Of a stretch of 64,000 nt of DNA, positions 47,001 through 56,000 are shown piece after piece; positions within the stretch are counted from its first letter, which is position 1, and the number at the start of each line of letters is the position of its first letter. The notes below the pieces were generated by a model. That model was not told the DNA's origin, ran no database searches, and saw only the letters and a list, made by a program, of their open reading frames with translations. The stretch spans positions 7,750,001 through 7,814,000 of the forward strand of contig OZ004615.1 in the NCBI GenBank assembly GCA_963924565.1, given 5' to 3'. This DNA comes from Ascidiella aspersa. Its lineage: Eukaryota. A program made the translations under genes and the position numbers.

Positions 47001-50000
47001 AGCTCCACCAGGCAACATATCAAACGATAGAAATCGCGCTTCTGGTGTAAACGAAGTATAAACCGACGTTTCGGCAGCAGATACCAGCTGACCTCGTCAG
47101 GGTTAATAATTAAAACGAGAGTGCGTCAGTCAGCGTTAGTCAGTCAGTGCGTACTAATAAATATAAAAAGTAAGTAAAACAATATAGATTAAAATTATGA
47201 AATCTTATAGAAGTCGCTGAAGTATGATATTAGTTGTGACATAAATTAAGAACAAGAGGCCCACTTTTGACTGAACATCAACCGCCTACCTTGCAGCTGT
47301 ACCTTCCGATGTCATCGGGCCCTACGTCATACACCACCAGCGTGGCGCGCTCGCCGTTCCTTATGACGTCATACTTGCCCGCCTGGTACTCGATCGCCGT
47401 GCCCTCCTCCTCATGCGACCATTCCACCTCGGGGTCGGGAGTTCCCGTGACGTCACACACCAGACGGGCGACGTCACCGAAGGTACATGACGTGTCAGTG
47501 ACGTGGCGTTGAAAGTAGGGAGGAACTGCGAAGGCGAACAATGGCGGTAAATTTAATGAAGGTTTATTGGAGGAATTTAGTGAGGATCGAATATTACAAA
47601 AACGGCAGAGACTGAAACGTCATCGCTTGATAATTCATACATTTAAAAAGGTAAATTAATAATTTTACTTTGAACGTTGGATGTAAAGCTTCTGTATATC
47701 TATTAAGTACACTAGGAATTAAAATTTTTTTTCAGTCTGTAACCCCTTGGAATTAAAACTTTGCGCGATTCTCTAGGTTTAGCCGCGTGCAACGAAATAT
47801 GTCTCGTTGTTTGCTTCAGCACGCATTATTTGAAGGAATGTGTGTTTTAGCGGTTTTCCTTGGCACTATAGTTTTACCCTTTGTATATCGAAAGGAAGAA
47901 AATACACAATTATTTTAGATAAATACCTTGTCTAAAAATAATTTAAACTTTCTGGCAACTATTAATACTAATCACGCGACCTCCTAGTTTGAAAAGCCCT
48001 GGCACACACTGTATAAAATGCTTGAAATTGGTGCCGTTTTTAGAACAGGCTCTAGTAATATTGATGACCACATCCACATTAGGCTACCATACACAGTGAC
48101 TGATTTAAAATTTGTCTAATGGAAGACTTGGATTCATACCTCAACATTTAAAAGTGCCGACACCCTAAAATATTTTTTTGGTAAAAAAAGCATACAAAAG
48201 TTACATTAGTTGTAAAGGGGTTCTTCTGACAAATATATTACCCGTATAGGTAATCGAAACGTCGGCGCTGAATACATATTTGTCAGCAAACCCCCTTATA
48301 ATTAATACATTGCCTGGCAGCAAAGGTATATACAATGAAAAGTAACATTATAAATTGGAGCCCTTAGAATTAAAAAGGAAATACCTAATTAGCAGCATAA
48401 CATAAAATCCAGCTATCTGATAAATGTCGGTATTGGTAAAATAACAGTAGTTGAACAGTATTTATGGGACCGGAGCCATTTCAGTAGTTGAACAGTATTT
48501 ATGGGACCGGAGCCATTTTTAAGGTTTTTGTTTTTTTGCTTGTACATGTTAAGGGTTTAATCACTGCCTTTTCGTGGCCCCTTTACTAATTAAAATCGCA
48601 CACAAAATCACACCCTCACGTGGACCGCGTACACATGGGCAATTTACCGCATGGTGTCGCGCCCGATCGCGTTTTCAGCTTGATTCGATCGAGGTAAAGC
48701 ACGTGAATGACGTGACAGAGCTGCTCGCAGTCCGTGAAAAGGTTCAACGACCTGTGCTCGTCACTAGGGTAATAGCTGGACTGCATTTCAGGTCAAATGC
48801 CGATCCAGGACAGTTGTTGTTAAAGATATAGCATTATTATTATAACAGCTTAGGTCTAAACTCTAAAGGGTTGAAAATAAAATTGGTAAAAGGGAAGTCA
48901 TAAATATAAAGAGGCTTACTTTACACCTAGTTTTTGCACTAAAATTAAAAACATAAAACAACTCCAGTATAACGTTTGTTTTGCAATATACCATAAACTA
49001 TTGCTAAAGCCTGAAATGCACAAAAATATGGTATCTGATCGGCACGGATACAACACTAGAGTTCCGATAAACACTATTTTTCATCAAATATTATCGGCTC
49101 ATATGCTATCGGATATGCCTACTTGAGGTTAAGTTGTTTTGTACAGCTGGTAATTATATATATATATATATATACAGTATATGTTGTCTTGATTTGATTT
49201 TTGCTATACATGATGAAATTTAGTTTTGTTGTCCATAAAATTTTATGTTTAGGTTTGTAGAGCATTTGCAGACACCTTATAGTAGCCTCCCTGTAACGCT
49301 GTAATTTTCACGTTTTCCTTCGCAGCAACAATGGTCGTTATTATATAACTGTAATATACCGCAAAGGTAAAAGAATCATTCTTTGCATCGAGCTTCATGC
49401 GGTAATATAGCGGTACATACCCCTTAGTGACCACAAGGTTGCCAAAATTGGTTCAAACATATGCACAAGCAATTTTACGATACTAGTAAAACATAACGCC
49501 TGAAAATACACCCAATAAATGAAATAGCGTAGAATGTCTACTTTGTTCCGTTACACCATAGTTAACTAACGCACAACAAATAAGCCATTTATTTTAGATC
49601 GGTTGGGAAAAATTGACGTATAATAATTCCATAAAGAGGCAATTTTTAACAATCTTCTTACGTAGATTAACAAGTCGCAAACGATAATACTCTACGTTGC
49701 TTCATGTAATCCCAAGTTAATCGCAGAGAGTCGCTGTTTGACTATTGTTCGTAACCCATTGCTTCGCATGGCGCCTGTTCACAAAACACAGCCGGGAGCT
49801 TAAGTCTATAGGCGTACATAAAAAATCTTGAAAGATTGATGGAGTTTCATTATGTTTTGCTTCAGCGAAACAATAAAATTACTAGGAACATGGCGGTCCA
49901 AACCACACGTCATTATCTGTGGCACGCGTAACATATATTTTCCTACGGGTACATTCAAAGGTTTAGTACATAAGCGTTGCATACTCCTAAATCAGAAATC

Positions 50001-53000
50001 CTGAATATATACGAAACAGTTTACACTGGTTCCGAGTTAAAATGCTAACGAGTTGTTTACATTTTTTGGCAATCAAGCATCTTGCTGTGTGTGACCCATT
50101 AACAATATAGGATAACATAGTATTCGATCAGATGGTTGGAAACAAGGACCATCAAGATTAGGGTCTTCAATTTTTTTCGATTGACAAACTAAACAAACCT
50201 GACTGAGGTACAACTCTACGCTTAACCTCCTAAATTAAATCCTCTTCTTTTGTTTACACACTTTTTTGGATTCATAAAACCCTAAAGCTGTACCTGTGTC
50301 ACATTATTTTCAAATACATTTTACGCACTGAATCTCAAATGGAGTATCAGCAATTTTACTGAGCAATTTTACTTCAATCTAGTCTGTCGACGGTTGGACG
50401 ACAGCAGATACGCAACAAGGTACTAACTGTTGGCGACTAGCGGAAAAATAGCCAACCCTTATAAATAGAACTCCAAGCAGCACAGGGCTCAGCTGGGCCG
50501 CGAATTCCAAATACATGCTGAGCTACGTGCTGCAAGCGCTCCAATAAACGTTTCTGTATGGCAATGTGTATCGCAGAAGCCCTAATTGGCCTACAAGCAC
50601 TCCGCTTGTTGGCAAGTGACAAGATCGCATCAAGCTTGTCGACACGTCGAAGAGGTCACACCTTTTACTGCCGACACGATACAATGCTATCTATAGAAAC
50701 GACGATGTTGATTACAATTGATCATCGCAAAAAAAAAATCGTGAACCTCCTGCATCAACAAAATATGCGAAACACCAATCTAACATTGCAGCATAATATT
50801 AGGAGGTTGTAGGAAGACGTATAGTAAGAATATCAAAGCTCATACAGAAACAGGTATCATTTTACGATTTGAATCAGTGCCTTCTCACTATGTTAAAAAG
50901 AACAAATATAAATTTAAAACGTTCAAACTGGTACATACTATGTATGGGTTGTGATATTCTTACTAAATCCAACATGTCTTTGAATTCGTAATTTTTCATT
51001 ATTTGGGACATACATGCTGCCGCTGTTTGGCAATGCAGTGCAGTTAAGTATAGCAATCGCATTTACCTTGAGTGTAGCAAACAATAAATCATGCCACTGA
51101 TAGACCAAATGACATTTAAAGTGATCTGCCATTTCGACTTTTACACAGTCAGCCGACAAGCAAATGAGTTGAAGAAGACAACTCAGAGTAAATTTTAATC
51201 AATTTACTTTCGACAATGAAATTACCCTCGATTTACATAATACAAGAAATTTGAAAACGTTCGACTAAACGGATTATATGAGTCACTAAAAATAAAAGCA
51301 AGCGACAAATTCACAGAGGATTTCCTGTTTCTTATGTACCGTAATCCCTCGGCGCAAAAACACGTCTACGATTAGTTTTACCGACCCACGGAGACGAATT
51401 AGCCGCCGCAGCGTCTGCATTCCACATTGCACTGAACAAGGTAAAAATTAGATATAATGCTCGAAAGGCGTTGGCTGAAAATAAGGATTGCAATAATATC
51501 GCATATAAAAAAGTTTTTTTTCTAACTGAGAAACGTATGTAAGCGGATTTTCGATGCGTTCAGTATATATCTGAGCAAAATTATAGCCGAAATATGAGCT
51601 GCATCAGCAAGACAACCCTTCGAGTGCTTAGATGTGCTAGCTTTAACAAAATCATGATGTTAGAGAAACACCGATGACTAAATAAAATCATTGACTGCTT
51701 TCCTTTTTGGGGATATCATATTTTGTGACAACACAGCGCAAGTATGGCCCTTTCTACGTGTGACAAAGCACAACTTTTAAAATTAAAAAAATTGTGAAAT
51801 CCATATGCATGCATTACAAACTACATCGAAACGTGATTGTCCTTCAACCGGGACGTGATAAACGCAAAAACTACAACAGTTTCACATGCCTTTCGGTAAA
51901 ACCTTGCAACACACCTTCACTGACTTAAGTATCGATTTGCAATTAGCGCTTTAAAATCTACTCTTCTCCACGGCCCTCGTCTAAAAAAGGCCACCTCACC
52001 TCAAGCCAAACGCGTAAAACGCAGCCGAAGCAGCCAAAGGTATATGCGACCCTTGGGAATTGACGTGTGCATATTATCAAAGCCTATCTTGGTTAGCTGA
52101 CATGCTGCTCCGCAGGACACTTATTGCGGAATGCTGTGACGTCGCTATACAGTCCGCCATACGCAAAAGTAGAAGGGGCCAAATGAATCCAGCTAATATA
52201 TAGCCAGGCGGACTTTTCGCTGATGACAATATGATACCCGTGTGATTCAATTTGTGAAAGTAGCTTTGGGAAATAATTTCTTTAAGTCGACTGACACTTT
52301 CACTTAACAGTTTTCGTCAAGTGAATGAGTGATTCCAAATATACGTACAGTACAACTACAGATTTGTCAAGGTTACGCAAGAAATGATCCACAAGTATGT
52401 ATTCACAAATTTATTAAAGATCAAAAACGTTAGAAAAATTTGCCACGCTCAAGTCGGAAAACACTTTTTAAGGGCCTATCCTATGAAAACAATATTAATT
52501 CTACTGGTTTAAAAAAAATTCAAGGCTAAATATGAATATAAAATTTTACGTTTAAATTAAATTGATAACCTGCTTAATTTTGGGTGTCAGGGTTATCGAA
52601 CAACAACATTCAGTCTCAGATTTAATTGCAAATTAATAATAACCAAACTGAATAGGTTTGCACTCTGAAGGTAATTTGCGATTTCCTTAACGGTGAACAT
52701 GATGGGTGCCGCTGCTGCTTGAATAACAAGAACAAACATTGGCGTAGAAAAGTTAGCTCTGTATGACAAACAACTAGCTAGCAACAATCTATACATTGTA
52801 CATTGCTCATAAAAGAGAAAGGCTCAATTGGGACGAAAAGCATCTATCTGGTGATTGGTGAACATTTACACATTCTAAATGACTATTTTAAAGTAACGGG
52901 CTGGCACGTGTGTCGTGGACAATTAATAGGAGTTTGGTGAGGGTACATATTTCCCCATTTGCTAACCTACAAGCTATTGAACAAGCGTGTTTATAGTGTA

Positions 53001-56000
53001 AGTATACCTTGCTAGAAAAAAACGATCGACGTTTTGAAAGGAATACAACAATTTGAAATTTCAATGAATCACACTTCGCAATATGTTTTTGATTCAAGTC
53101 GCAAAGCACTAAATTCCACTGGCTCAAAGGAGACCGCAATGGCGATCGATAGAAAGCCGATTGACGCTATTAACAAGTGATCGATAGATGCATTACGACT
53201 AGCGGGTCACAAAGTCACGTTGTTATTTGGAATTTAGCATTTTTTGCGATTAAAATTGTTTAACAAAGCCACATGCTAAAGCAATAACACAAACGTAAAA
53301 TTTAACGGAAATGTAGGATTGAATTTGGAATTTTAACATATAAATTAAAGGATTATTATGGCGTTCAAACCTTAACAATTGTTAATGTAAAATCTTTTCA
53401 TTAAAATAATTAAGATATGTAGCTTAATCATTCAGCCTGAACTTGTTTGTTAAAAGAAAGCTTCACATTATAAATTATTGTTGATGCTGTTCAGGGGACA
53501 ATAAACTATTTTGTAAACCTGCAATTATGCGAAGAAAAATTTTGCAAACTTTAAAAACAGAACAGGGGTCTATCCGTCTCCGATATTCTTAATATTTATT
53601 ATGGATAAATTTAACTTATTTTGCGAATTGATTGCGCAAATTAAACAAATTGACCCTAATCGCCTTTTCATTTTCTATCGTTAGATTAATTTTATAATAC
53701 CTAATGTGTAATCATCAATTGCCTAACTGCAATTTAAAAGTGCTTAGGGGGTCCTGACGAGAGATTAGCTGGAATAATTATATAACTGAACGACAAACTG
53801 CAAAGCTACAAGCTAACATAATGTTATTAAGGTAAAGACAATCGAATACGTTCAAGATTAACACTGTCTAGTTAGTAAATAAGGATTGGCGAGCGGGCGA
53901 AAATTTTTCGTCGGTTTTAATGTTCGCAGATTTTTTTAAACTTAATCCAATGTTAGATATTAAATTGTCTAATTTATATTTTGCAAAACTTTAAATTACT
54001 GGGATTTAATTCAGATTGCCTATCGCTAAAGTCGAAGTATAGCAATGAACAGCCACTATTTGGTTGATTTAGTTGTTACTGCTTTGTCAGAAATACTTCC
54101 CGGATTGGCATTAAAATAAATACGTATATATTGGGGTTGAACAGAAACTGTATTATGTAGAGAGATAACTTGACATTTAATTTTCGGGGAATTAATGGAC
54201 ATTTAATTCCGTTATAATCAGAGTGTATGATACGACTTATCGTGATTGCTTTCATTCAATAAGCGCTTTTGTCAACCCATAAAGCAATATGCATCACCGC
54301 TTTCGTCCCATTCTATGCACTAAATCACATATACCAGTAAGCATACACAAGCTGACTGTTAATTAATCAAATAAATAACCCTGTTTAGCCTGCTTTACTT
54401 AGATTCGAGAAACATCATAATTGATTAAGCGCTTTATGACCTTCTCTTAATATGCTTGATGCAAGCGGACAAGCGTGGGGGTCCTCACCAATTGCCTACA
54501 TGCTTTCCTGCAATAATAAACTTTGACTTGCAGGTTTCGATCGATAAGGCAGTCGTCTGTAAGGTCGTATGGGTTGACGCAGCCGTGTGTGGATTTTGGG
54601 ATGAGAGGTTGCATCCCCATAAGCCAAGGACCGCACGCGGTTACACAGCATGATGGCGTGAAACGGGATTTTTCCCTTTTAATTTCGGAGTGCTTTTGTT
54701 AATCGGGCGATGATAGACGACATGGCGCGTCACTTGCAAAATATACCTAACCAAAACCTCATATAACCTTGTGCGTTGACACCTCCGAGATTTTTTTACT
54801 TTACTTTAAAGTTTTTAGTTGTTTAATAGAAAAACGCGCCGAAACGTGAAAAAATTAATTATAGAGGATAAATACGTATTTAGGTCTCGTGGAAGAAAAC
54901 ATATTGCACATACAGCTGTACTGCAATTTCAGCTCAAAGTAAATCATTATTTCCATGGACAATGGTAATGTTAGAAAGGTCGTTTTTAAAATCTGGCAAA
55001 ATTAATCGACAGACGCATGCGCCAAATATTTACAAACGATAGACAACATTATTTAAAACCCAAGATAAAAATATCTGCCGCTGACGACTAAATCGATCAT
55101 TGCCCCCTGGCTCATAATACATATGAAAATGGCCTGGTGACTCGGTTTTTGTTTAATATTATCGGATTGTGTCGGATTGTGTTTTTTTTTGCGTCATCGG
55201 ATTGCAGCAAAAATCGAAAATGCGCCAATGTTTAGCAAATTTTTATGTCCTCATTAAATATGCATGCGCTCATGGTCGCCCAAGCCCAAAGGTGCTTTTA
55301 ACGTAACCAGCAATGATACGATTTTTCAGTTTATAAGAGTTTGGTTAATGAACGTTTTATAAGAGATTGTTTACTAAAAACAAATTTTGCTACAACGAGT
55401 AATCTGTCGTGAGTTCTGATAAATACAATAAATATACCGATACGGTATAAGGTTTATATCTTAATTTATTTTTTGTAGAAATCTAAACCCTTGTTGTAAC
55501 TCAAACCGTTTATGCTTAAATTAAAACTTTGCAATTTCAATTTGGTCAGTATCATTAAACTATGCATAGTTGTACTTGTTGAATGCACAGTTACAAGATT
55601 GAAAACCACTGATTTGTTCTAAAGAGCGTCTCTCAAACAAAGACATGTTAATCGTTCTGAGCAACTTTACAATAAAAGAAAACACGCGCCATTGGACGCG
55701 GCTGATAATAGACAAAACTTCAAAAATAATAGACAAACTTCACTAACAGATTTGGCATTAAACCATTAACAAAAACTGCAATAGGGTTTAGGAGTTGTCA
55801 GTTTACCTATCTTTCGCTTTTGGTCTAGCATTGGTTAACGCGATCTTTGAAAGAGGTGGGTGGGGGGTGGGGGAGTGTTAGAGAGGTTAATCCTGACTAT
55901 AATTCCTCTAAAATTAGCTCGATTTAACTTACTGGACCCCAAACAAAAGTTGTATCAGGAAAATCAACATATTTATTTCGCGACCCATATGTACGCACAT

